A DNA stretch of 64,000 bases from an uncultured Clostridia bacterium. Its GTDB lineage: Bacteria > Bacillota > Clostridia > Christensenellales > Aristaeellaceae. The notes under the pieces were generated by a model. The model did no database searches, had not been told where the DNA came from, and was given only the letters and a program-made list of their open reading frames with translations. Below, in pieces: positions 38,133 to 45,914 of this stretch; position 1 is the first letter of the stretch; every line of letters starts with the position of its first letter. A program made the translations under genes and the position numbers. The stretch lies in the NCBI GenBank assembly GCA_934670175.1, contig CAKUOX010000003.1, positions 1,279 through 65,278 of the forward strand, given 5' to 3'.

Positions 38133-38659
38133 AGCGGTTTCGCCCCCTTATGACAGATCACACACCCGGCGGAGACCTCCAGCACATTATCGCATAGCTG
38201 CGCAAGGCGCCGATCCACGAAGGCCAGACCTCTGCGGTAACGCTCCGTCCATTCGTCGTAAATCGCCGCGTCTCCGTAAATATAATCCGAAACGAACACG
38301 GCGCTGCGCACGCTGCGCGCAAATATCTCCAGCTGCGCGGCCACGCGCTCGGGTGCGTCCGCGTCAAAGCCGCCGGGCGCAAACATTTCATTTGCCAGCA
38401 GCGCCGTCACACTGTCGAGCAGGAACGAACCGCCCTCATCCGCGCCTTTCAGGCAGGACGGAATATCCCGCCCGCATTCCAGCGTTTCAAAGCCCCAGCC
38501 GTCCCTGTCCTGAATGTGGCGCGCAATGCGCGCATCGTCCTCCGCGCCGGTAGAGATCATGGTCGCCACATAATACAGCGGCGCGCCCTCTGCCCTGGCC
38601 AGCCGCTGGGCATACCAGGATTTGCCGTTCTTGCAGCCGCCGGATATAAAGGTCAGCAT
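38129..38659 (-). CDS. cobU: Adenosylcobinamide kinase / adenosylcobinamide-phosphate guanylyltransferase
   Basis: P-loop GGCKNGKS. I moved the start to the ATG at 38657-38659 (MLTFISGG), just after the cobT stop. Confidence 0.8.
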   Translation of the reverse strand: MLTFISGGCKNGKSWYAQRLARAEGAPLYYVATMISTGAEDDARIARHIQDRDGWGFETLECGRDIPSCLKGADEGGSFLLDSVTALLANEMFAPGGFDADAPERVAAQLEIFARSVRSAVFVSDYIYGDAAIYDEWTERYRRGLAFVDRRLAQLCDNVLEVSAGCVICHKGAKPL

Positions 38660-38663
38660 CCTT

Positions 38664-39737
38664 CTACCTCTGCAGGCGCGCGTCCGCACGAATCTCGGCA
38701 AGATAGCCGTCGTCGATGCGTGCCTCGTCAAACGTCGCCATGTCCTTAAGCACCGTCAGCGCCGCGTCGATCACCTCAAAGGCGATCGGACAGCCACTGC
38801 CCTCGCCCAAGCGCATCTGCAGATCCAGCATGGGCTTAAGCCCCATTTCGCGTATTGCCAGCAGATAGCCGCGCTCGCAGGAAATGTGCGAGGCGAAGAG
38901 ATAATCAGCGCAGGCAGGCGCTATGCGACACGCGCACAGCGCCGCTACGGCGGAAATATAGCCGTCCACCACCACGGGCAGCCGCCGCGCCGCCGCGCCC
39001 AGAAACGCGCCGCACATCGCCGCAATGTCGAAACCGCCCAGCTTTGAAAGCACATCCACCGGATCGCCGCGATCGGGCGCATAGCGTGTGATCGCGGCGT
39101 CGATGATCTCACGCTTCCGCGCAAAGCCCTTATCGCTTACGCCGCCGCCGCGACCCACCGTCTCGCAGGCGGGGAGCTCCAGCAAGCACGAGAGCACCGC
39201 GCTGGAGGTGGTGGTATTGCCAATGCCCATCTCTCCCACGCCCAGAATCTCCACGCCCTCATCTGCCGCATCCGCCGCGGCCTGAATGCCGGTCTGAATG
39301 GCTTCCAGCGCCTGCGCGCGGGTCATCGCGGGCTCCACTGCCAGATTGCGCGTGCCATGCGCGATCTTCTTGTTAATGACGCCCTCCTGCGAAAAATCGG
39401 CGTTGATGCCTACGTCGTAGACGCGCAGCTCGGTGCGGAAATGCCTTGCGAGCACTGCCACGCCGGTGAGCCCGCGCGTGAAATTAATGGTCTGTGCCAG
39501 CGTGACCGACTGCGGCGCGGAAGCCACGCCCTCGGCCACCACGCCGTTATCCGACGCAAATATCAGTATACGGCGCTTTTTGGCGTCGTTTTGCACGCGG
39601 CCGGTGATACCCGCAAAGCGCACGGAAATATCCTCCAGCGCACCCAGACTGCCCGGCGGCTTGGCAAGCGCCGCCTGCCGTTCTCGAGCGCGCCGCATCG
39701 CCTCCGCATCGAGCGGCGGAATGTGAATATCAAGCAT
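38664..39737 (-). CDS. cobT: Nicotinate-nucleotide--dimethylbenzimidazole phosphoribosyltransferase
   Basis: 357 aa with GEMGIGNTT. Confidence 0.9.
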   Translation of the reverse strand: MLDIHIPPLDAEAMRRARERQAALAKPPGSLGALEDISVRFAGITGRVQNDAKKRRILIFASDNGVVAEGVASAPQSVTLAQTINFTRGLTGVAVLARHFRTELRVYDVGINADFSQEGVINKKIAHGTRNLAVEPAMTRAQALEAIQTGIQAAADAADEGVEILGVGEMGIGNTTTSSAVLSCLLELPACETVGRGGGVSDKGFARKREIIDAAITRYAPDRGDPVDVLSKLGGFDIAAMCGAFLGAAARRLPVVVDGYISAVAALCACRIAPACADYLFASHISCERGYLLAIREMGLKPMLDLQMRLGEGSGCPIAFEVIDAALTVLKDMATFDEARIDDGYLAEIRADARLQR

Positions 39738-40476
39738 CTAAAAAGCCCTCCTTCGCCAAATACGCCATGCAGGCGCGCGCATCGCAGCTTTCGATGCACC
39801 AGACGGCCTCCGGCGCATACCTCTCAAGCAGCTTGAGCGTATCGCGCATATCCAGCGTGCCTCTGTCCAGCGGCGCATGCGTATCGCGCGCGCCGTCGTT
39901 GTTGTGCAGGTGCACATGCCCGATATGCCGCCCAAACAGGCGTATCCAATCGGCCGTCGGAATTCTGGAGTAGGCGTTGGCGTGCCCCACGTCCAGACAG
40001 ATTCGCACGCGCGGATCGTCCACGCCCTCGACCACCTGCAAAAGCGGCTCAGGCACAGGCTCCAGCACATTTTCAAGCATCATCTCAAAGCCTTCCGGCA
40101 GCTCCTGCGCGAAGCCGCGCCAGAACGAGATGGACTTGGGCACAAACCATTCTGGATAATATACCTGCGGTGCAAAGCCCGAATGCACGATCAGGCGATG
40201 GACGCCCAGCCGAACGCAGGTCTCGACCGCCTGACGATAGCGGTGCAGACTTACCGCGCCGATCATAGAATCAATGGCGCAGGGCGTAAGCTCATAGTAG
40301 GACGCGTGCAGCGAAAGCGGCGCAAACGGCGCAAGCTGACGCCGCTTTTCGGCGATCAGCGCTTCGTTTTCCATATTTTCCGCCTGACAAAAGGCGATAG
40401 TCTCCACACCTGTGCCCCACTTTGCGGCAAGCTCCGGCGCGGATGGATCCATTTCCGAAATCGTTATGCTTCGCAT
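39730..40476 (-). CDS. Xylose-isomerase-like TIM-barrel (AP endonuclease 2 superfamily) protein; CbiR-like cobamide-remodelling candidate
   Basis: First gene after the cobalamin riboswitch. The start is set at MRSITISEM (ATG 40474-40476). The 129-codon in-frame extension in the track runs through two terminators. Confidence 0.55.
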   Translation of the reverse strand: MRSITISEMDPSAPELAAKWGTGVETIAFCQAENMENEALIAEKRRQLAPFAPLSLHASYYELTPCAIDSMIGAVSLHRYRQAVETCVRLGVHRLIVHSGFAPQVYYPEWFVPKSISFWRGFAQELPEGFEMMLENVLEPVPEPLLQVVEGVDDPRVRICLDVGHANAYSRIPTADWIRLFGRHIGHVHLHNNDGARDTHAPLDRGTLDMRDTLKLLERYAPEAVWCIESCDARACMAYLAKEGFLDA

Positions 40477-40645
40477 CAAAAGCCGTCCCCTGTTAATAAT
40501 TGAATACTCCGAATCAAGACAATAGTCACAAAGCGATCCGGCGCAGCGGCGGGCGCGCCTTAAAGCAGCTATTGCGCATCCAACACCTTCTTCGCGAGGC
40601 TCGAGCTGCAATGACCAGCCCGACAGCTTTCCTGACTCCTGGCTT

Positions 40646-40684
40646 AAAAAAAACCGGTCGAACAGCGCCCCCTGCCCGACCGGC
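40646..40684 (-). terminator. Second intrinsic terminator in the cob leader
   Basis: Minus strand CCGGUCG...CGACCGG followed by U8. Confidence 0.65.
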
Positions 40685-40754
40685 CTATCTGCGTTCGCAC
40701 ACCAGAGCGCCGCATGCCGGGGGATTTGGCCTGCAACACAATGACTGCGAACAT

Positions 40755-40792
40755 AAAAAACAGGATATATCAGATTCTTCGCCGATACATCC
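40755..40792 (-). terminator. First intrinsic terminator (riboswitch expression platform)
   Basis: Minus strand GGAUGUAUC-12 nt-GAUAUAUCC followed by UGUUUUUUAU. Confidence 0.6.
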
Positions 40793-40868
40793 CGCAACAC
40801 ATATTTCGCCGCTGCTTCACGCCGAAATCGGAACATATCCTTCTTTGAGACCGAAGAAAGCAATACGC

Positions 40869-41030
40869 GATCCGCAGGCAGGTTTTCTGACTAAGCCTCA
40901 TCGCCTTGCGCGCCTTCTCGGCCTTTGACCAATGGCATCGTGCGCTCGGCTCCACATCACAGCAGCGGTCCTGTTGGGGAATTGCACCCCTATTCCCTTT
41001 CACCCCAAATCGGGTTCACCTGAGGATTTC
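40869..41030 (-). promoter_or_regulatory. Cobalamin riboswitch aptamer
   Basis: The minus strand carries GGUGAAAGGGAAUAGGGGUGCAAUUCCCC, GCUGCUGU, GCCAUUGG and the B12 box AGUCAGAAAACCUGCC. Confidence 0.85.
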
Positions 41031-41106
41031 CGATATTCTGTTTTTCAATACGTATTATAGCACAACTCCCCTGCTTTGTAAAGCGCATGCAGATATTTTA
41101 CCGATG

Positions 41107-41388
41107 CTATTTTTCATCCTGCGCTTTCACGATCGCCACGATCTCGGAAAACTTTCCGGTAACATAATCGTAGCTCTCGCGCCTGTGCGGCAAAAGGCAG
41201 TTTGAGCAGTCCTTGATGCCGCTCTCCGTATAGCAGAAATGCCCGCCGCATTTCCTGCCCAGCGCGTACAGCGGGCAATAGCAGAACAGGCAGTTGAAGT
41301 TCTCCGGCCTGTCCGTGCTATGGCAGGGGAAATATTCGCATTCCCGATTTTGAAAAAAAGCGTAGTGCCGTTCATCCGCCATGTTCAA
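41107..41388 (-). CDS. Cysteine-rich small-domain protein
   Basis: 93 aa with CEYFPCH, CLFCYCP and CSNC motifs. It lies just upstream of the riboswitch. Confidence 0.6.
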   Translation of the reverse strand: MNMADERHYAFFQNRECEYFPCHSTDRPENFNCLFCYCPLYALGRKCGGHFCYTESGIKDCSNCLLPHRRESYDYVTGKFSEIVAIVKAQDEK

Positions 41389-41481
41389 ATCAACCTCCAG
41401 ATCTGTCTGCGGCAGCGCTTGAAATTTATCGCGCGCCGCGCTATAATGGGGCGGAAATCAATCCGCAAGGGGGCTTTAGCC

Positions 41482-41988
41482 ATGTATGACGAGTTGAGCG
41501 CCGTCGATATCCAAAAAATGCAGGAGGAAATCGACTACCGCATGCGAGAGGTCCGGCCAAAGATCATCGAGGATCTGAAAACCGCGCGCGGCTTTGGCGA
41601 CCTGAGCGAGAATTACGAATACAAGGCCGCCAAGCAGGAGCTTCGCCGCTGCGACAGCCGCCTGCGCTACCTGCGCCGCATGATCAACACCGCGCGGGTC
41701 ATTCCCGAAAAGGCGCCGAAGGACGGCGTGGTCGAGCTGTTCGACAAAGTAGAAATCTACTATGAGGACGATCAGGAGACCGAAACCATCCAGCTGATGA
41801 CCACGCTGCGCCAGGATGCGCTCAGCTCCATCATCAGTAAGGAATCGCCGCTCGGGCGCGCCGTGATGGGGCGCAGGGTCGGCGACCGCGTCGAGGTGCG
41901 CGTCAGCGACGACGTGCATTACTTCGTGCAGATCCGCGCCATCCATAAGGGTGCGGATGATGATTCCCTGCCCATCAGCAGCTTTTAA
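41482..41988 (+). CDS. greA: Transcription elongation factor GreA
   Basis: The start is set at MYDELSAVDIQKMQEEI. The sequence contains GDLSENYEYKAAKQE. Confidence 0.9.
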   Translation: MYDELSAVDIQKMQEEIDYRMREVRPKIIEDLKTARGFGDLSENYEYKAAKQELRRCDSRLRYLRRMINTARVIPEKAPKDGVVELFDKVEIYYEDDQETETIQLMTTLRQDALSSIISKESPLGRAVMGRRVGDRVEVRVSDDVHYFVQIRAIHKGADDDSLPISSF

Positions 41989-42036
41989 CGCAGCCTTGAA
42001 CGCGATCTCGGCCGACGCCGCGCCTTGTCCCCGAGC

Positions 42037-43185
42037 TCAGCCGAGATCCTCACCAAGATCGTCGATCGAAATATTCACGCCGTTGACCTCCACGCCCTCG
42101 TCAGCGCGAATGAGTATGTAGCGCGAGCCGTCGATCGTGCGGGTCTGGATCAAATCGCTGCGCTCGGGATTGACCTTCACGATCACGTCCGGCGTGCGCA
42201 GCTCGAATTTCTTCACGTCCACAATGTTCTGCGCCTTCAGATCGGTCGCGCCGAAGGTCTCGTCATAGCGCTCCTCAAAGCTCTCCAAATGCTTATCCGC
42301 CACGCCGCATTCCCGCAGCATGGCGCTCATTTCGCGCTTGGATACCGTGGGGATCTCCGGCGATTTTTCGCTTTTGCGTTCCTCTACCAGATTGCGAATC
42401 TGCTCGTGCACCGTCTGCACCACCTCCAGATTGCAATCCTCCGCCAGCGTGTCGCTCAACAGCGCTTCAAATGCCTCCTGCTGCTCGGCGGCGGGCATCG
42501 GCGGGCGGTTATCGAACACTGCGTTTGCGAATTCCTCGTGGCTCTCGGCGGCGTCGCGGTTGTAATAGAGCGCGCCGTAAATGTTTGCGCCGCCGTCCTC
42601 ATAGGCGGGGAACATAAAGCCCAGCTCCGGAGCGGACACCACCCATTCCAGGTCACGGTCGTGAAACGCCTTGTCCTCGGTGCAATAGCAGAGCGCCGGC
42701 CGCGTCAGCTTTACCGGACAGACGCAGCACAGAATATAGGAAAACACATCCTGCGAGTATTCGTCCGCCTTATATTCGTCGCGCGCGCGGAAGGGTATGT
42801 CATAGCTGTCGTGCATCAGCAAGATCAGATAATTGCCTTCCATCTGCAGCGAATCGATCACGCTGCGGTAGAAGCGTTCCAGCGCCTGATCCACCTTCAG
42901 CGCCGTGCTGTTGAGCGCGGTGAGCAGGCGGTGCTGCTCGCTGTCGGCCACCTGATCCGGCCTGAACGCGATCTCGATCAGATTTTTGCCGGGAATGCCC
43001 GAAAGCGCGCGCCTGAACAGTGCCAGATATTTTTCGCCCTCCTCCTGCGGCAGCGTAAGCAGCGAATGCGAGAATTCAGAAATAATATCGCCCTTTTCAT
43101 CCACATAGCAGCCGCGAATGCAGTCGATGCTGTTGCGGTCGGGGTTGAGTCGCCTGCGGATCTCGGCAATTTCCTGTTTATTCAT
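42037..43185 (-). CDS. Conserved hypothetical protein (DUF4317-like by recollection)
   Basis: 382-aa acidic cytoplasmic protein, MNKQEIAEIRRRLNPDRNSIDCIRGCYVD. The family assignment has not been checked. Confidence 0.5.
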   Translation of the reverse strand: MNKQEIAEIRRRLNPDRNSIDCIRGCYVDEKGDIISEFSHSLLTLPQEEGEKYLALFRRALSGIPGKNLIEIAFRPDQVADSEQHRLLTALNSTALKVDQALERFYRSVIDSLQMEGNYLILLMHDSYDIPFRARDEYKADEYSQDVFSYILCCVCPVKLTRPALCYCTEDKAFHDRDLEWVVSAPELGFMFPAYEDGGANIYGALYYNRDAAESHEEFANAVFDNRPPMPAAEQQEAFEALLSDTLAEDCNLEVVQTVHEQIRNLVEERKSEKSPEIPTVSKREMSAMLRECGVADKHLESFEERYDETFGATDLKAQNIVDVKKFELRTPDVIVKVNPERSDLIQTRTIDGSRYILIRADEGVEVNGVNISIDDLGEDLG

Positions 43186-43383
43186 AATTATTGATTCCTT
43201 TTCCCTGTGGTTTAATTTGACGTGCCTGACGGCATAATGATTATAGCACGCGCGCGCGTCCAGTTTGCGGCAGGAATATGATCTTTTCCGTACAGCGCAG
43301 TACGTTTTTCACCGACGCTTCGCCAAACGACTGCCATTCAATTAAAATGCCGTATTTGTTACCGCAAAAAACGCGAATTGCCC

Positions 43384-43412
43384 TTGAAAAAAACGCCGTT
43401 TTACCTTATAAT
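43384..43412 (+). promoter_or_regulatory. acsB operon promoter
   Basis: TTGAAA, 17 nt, TATAAT. The leader has an 8-bp hairpin GGCATCCC/GGGATGCC. Confidence 0.6.
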
Positions 43413-43493
43413 GTTAAATGTGAGTTGGCATCCCCGGGTAAGGGATGCCGCATGATCGAATTCGAACCGAAAATGATATAAGGAGACATTCAT

Positions 43494-45617
43494 ATGAGCG
43501 CATTAACCGATCTGATCTTTGCCGGTTCCAACGCCGTTGCCGGACTTACCGAGGGCGCGGTCAACGATGCCATTGCCCGTCTGGGCGCGGACGCCCCCAT
43601 CGCCTTCCCCGACACTGCCTATTTCTTCCCCACCATCTACGCCGCGACCGGCGTAAAGGTAACGAAGCTGGGCGACCTGCCCGCCTGTGTGGGCGTGCTC
43701 AAGAGCCTGATCTCCAACAAACCCGAGCTGGGCGACGCGCTGAACGCCGGTCTGGCGACCGCAGTTGGCGCGGAGATCATCGAAGGCCTGAAATTTGCAG
43801 GCGGCGCCAAGCCCTATGAAAATGAGGGCGGCATCGGCTTCGTGCCGGATCCGGTGATCCGTTCGCTGGGCGTGCCGCTGGTTACCGGCGATATTCCGGG
43901 CGTCGCCGTGGTGCTGGGCAAGGCCGATGACGCCGAGAGCGTCTGCGGCGTCATCAAGGATTATCAGTCCAAGGGTCTGCTGACCTTCCTGGTGGGCGAC
44001 GTGATCGATCAGGCGGCCGAGGGCGGCGTGCGCATGGGTCTGGAATTCCGCGTGGTGCCACTGGGACACGATGTAACCGCCGTTATCCATGTTGTGACCG
44101 TTGCTATCCGTGCAGCGCTGATCTTCGGCAGCGTGCAGCCGGGCAATCTGGCGGATCTGCTGAAATACACGAAGGAGCGCGTGCCGGCGTTTGTGAATAC
44201 CTTTGGCGCGCTGAACGAAGTGGTAGTTTCCGCGGGTGCAGGCGCGATCGCGTTGGGCTTCCCGGTCATCGTGGATCAGCCGATCGGTGATCTGCAGGTG
44301 CCGGGCGCGCTTGAGGCTGTAACCGACCATAGCCAGACGGTCAAGCATTCGCTCGAAATGCGCGGCATCAAAATCAAGGTCAAGGAGATCCCGATTCCGG
44401 TGGCGTTCGCCTCCGCGTTTGAGGGTGAGATCATCCGCAAGAAGGACGTTCAGGTCGAATTTTACAGCGGCAAGAACGTCACCTGCGAGCTGGTGACGAT
44501 GCGCGCTATGGACGAAGTGACCGACCACGAAATCCGCATCGTCGGCCCCGAGATCGAAGAGGGCGAATACCCGCTGGCGGTCTGCATTGATGTCGCGGGC
44601 GCAAAGATGCAGAAGGATTTCGAATCCGTTATCGAGCGCCATATCCATACCTGGTTCAACTACATGGAAGGCGTGATGCACACCGGCCAGCGCAACCAGT
44701 TCCGCATCCGCATCAGCCACGAGGCCTTTGAGAAGGGACTGCGGCTGAAGCACTTCGGCGAGGTGCTCTACGCCATGATTATGGACGAATTCGACGCGGT
44801 CGTCGACAAGTGCCAGATCACGCTGGTGACCGATCCCGCCGAGGCTGAGCGCGTGCTCAGGGAAGAAGCGCTGCCGCGCTACAATGAGCGCGACGATCGC
44901 CTTTCCTCCATGACCGACGAATCCGTGGACACCTTCTATACCTGCACGCTGTGCCAGAGCTTCGCGCCCGCGCACTGCTGCGTGGTCACGCCGGAGCGCC
45001 TGGGTCTGTGCGGCGCGGTCTCCTGGCTGGACGCGAAGGCCACCAACCAGCTCAACCCCACCGGCCCCTGCCGCCCGATCGCCAAGACCGGCTGCACCGA
45101 CGAGCGCACCGGCGCTTACGAAACGGTAAACGAAGCTGTGGCTTCCGCCACGCAGGGCGCGGTCGACAACGTGACGCTGTATTCCATTCTTGAAAACCCG
45201 ATGACCAGCTGCGGCTGCTTCGAGTGTATCTGCGGCATTGAGCCGATGAGCAACGGCTTCATCATCTGCAACCGCGAATACGCCGGTATGACCCCCACGG
45301 GCATGACCTTCGGCGAGCTGGCCTCCATGACCGGCGGCGGCGTGCAGACGCCCGGCTTCATGGGACACGGCCGCCACTTCATCGCCAGCAAGAAATTTGC
45401 CAAGGCCGAGGGCGGCATTGAGCGCATCGTCTGGATGCCCAAGGAGCTGAAGGACGACGTGGCGGCGCGCCTGAACAAAACGGCGTTTGAGCTCTACGGC
45501 GTGGAGAATTTCGCGGATATGATCGCCGATGAAACTGTGACCACCGACGCTGAAGAGCTGCTGAACTTCCTGACCGAAAAGGGTCATCCCGTGCTCGGCA
45601 TGGAACCGCTGCTGTAA
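43494..45617 (+). CDS. acsB: Acetyl-CoA synthase (CODH/ACS alpha subunit, A-cluster protein)
   Basis: 707 aa. CQSFAPAHCCVVTPERLGLCGAVSWLDAKA and SCGCFECI match the Moorella AcsB A-cluster ligand regions. Confidence 0.95.
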   Translation: MSALTDLIFAGSNAVAGLTEGAVNDAIARLGADAPIAFPDTAYFFPTIYAATGVKVTKLGDLPACVGVLKSLISNKPELGDALNAGLATAVGAEIIEGLKFAGGAKPYENEGGIGFVPDPVIRSLGVPLVTGDIPGVAVVLGKADDAESVCGVIKDYQSKGLLTFLVGDVIDQAAEGGVRMGLEFRVVPLGHDVTAVIHVVTVAIRAALIFGSVQPGNLADLLKYTKERVPAFVNTFGALNEVVVSAGAGAIALGFPVIVDQPIGDLQVPGALEAVTDHSQTVKHSLEMRGIKIKVKEIPIPVAFASAFEGEIIRKKDVQVEFYSGKNVTCELVTMRAMDEVTDHEIRIVGPEIEEGEYPLAVCIDVAGAKMQKDFESVIERHIHTWFNYMEGVMHTGQRNQFRIRISHEAFEKGLRLKHFGEVLYAMIMDEFDAVVDKCQITLVTDPAEAERVLREEALPRYNERDDRLSSMTDESVDTFYTCTLCQSFAPAHCCVVTPERLGLCGAVSWLDAKATNQLNPTGPCRPIAKTGCTDERTGAYETVNEAVASATQGAVDNVTLYSILENPMTSCGCFECICGIEPMSNGFIICNREYAGMTPTGMTFGELASMTGGGVQTPGFMGHGRHFIASKKFAKAEGGIERIVWMPKELKDDVAARLNKTAFELYGVENFADMIADETVTTDAEELLNFLTEKGHPVLGMEPLL

Positions 45618-45623
45618 GAAATA

Positions 45624-45899
45624 ATGTTCATCGTTGAATTCTGCTTTCGCGACGATGATCCCATCGTCGCCTCCGCGGAGGCAGGTGAAAACCTATTAGC
45701 TGTTGCGAAACGAGCAGGGATCCCGATCTGGGCGCCCTGCTCGGGTTCTGCTTCCTGTGGAAAATGTCGCGTGCGCCTTTTGCGCGGCATGCTCGAATCA
45801 CCGCATTCATTTTACATTCCTGATGTAGAATATGATGAGGGATGGCGGCTGGCCTGTACATCCAGAATCACCGGCGACGTCAGCGTACTCGTCGATTAA
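45624..45899 (+). CDS. Plant-type 2Fe-2S ferredoxin-like protein
   Basis: 91 aa with CSGSASCGKCRV...LAC. It is a paralog of the N-terminus of the next gene. No clear SD. Confidence 0.65.
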   Translation: MFIVEFCFRDDDPIVASAEAGENLLAVAKRAGIPIWAPCSGSASCGKCRVRLLRGMLESPHSFYIPDVEYDEGWRLACTSRITGDVSVLVD

Positions 45900-45914
45900 G
45901 GAGCACGATCATTT

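Noticed and set aside
39730-40863. 377-aa version of the TIM-barrel ORF given in the track.
   Set aside because: The extra 129 N-terminal codons run through two intrinsic terminators and abut the riboswitch. They have a non-protein-like composition. The conserved fold starts at MRSITISEM, which follows a GGGGA SD-like sequence.
41239-41988. 249-aa version of greA.
   Set aside because: The GreA homology starts at MYDELSAVDIQ (41482). The upstream 81 codons overlap the divergent Cys-rich gene.
43503-45587. 694-aa antisense ORF opposite acsB. Similar long antisense ORFs occur at 45909-48071, 26553-28148, 29405-31009, 24009-25355, 22938-23978, 3250-4383 and 1079-1852.
   Set aside because: These are typical high-G+C shadow frames. 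They are Arg/Ala/Gly/His-rich with no recognisable motifs, and each lies fully inside a confidently identified gene on the other strand.
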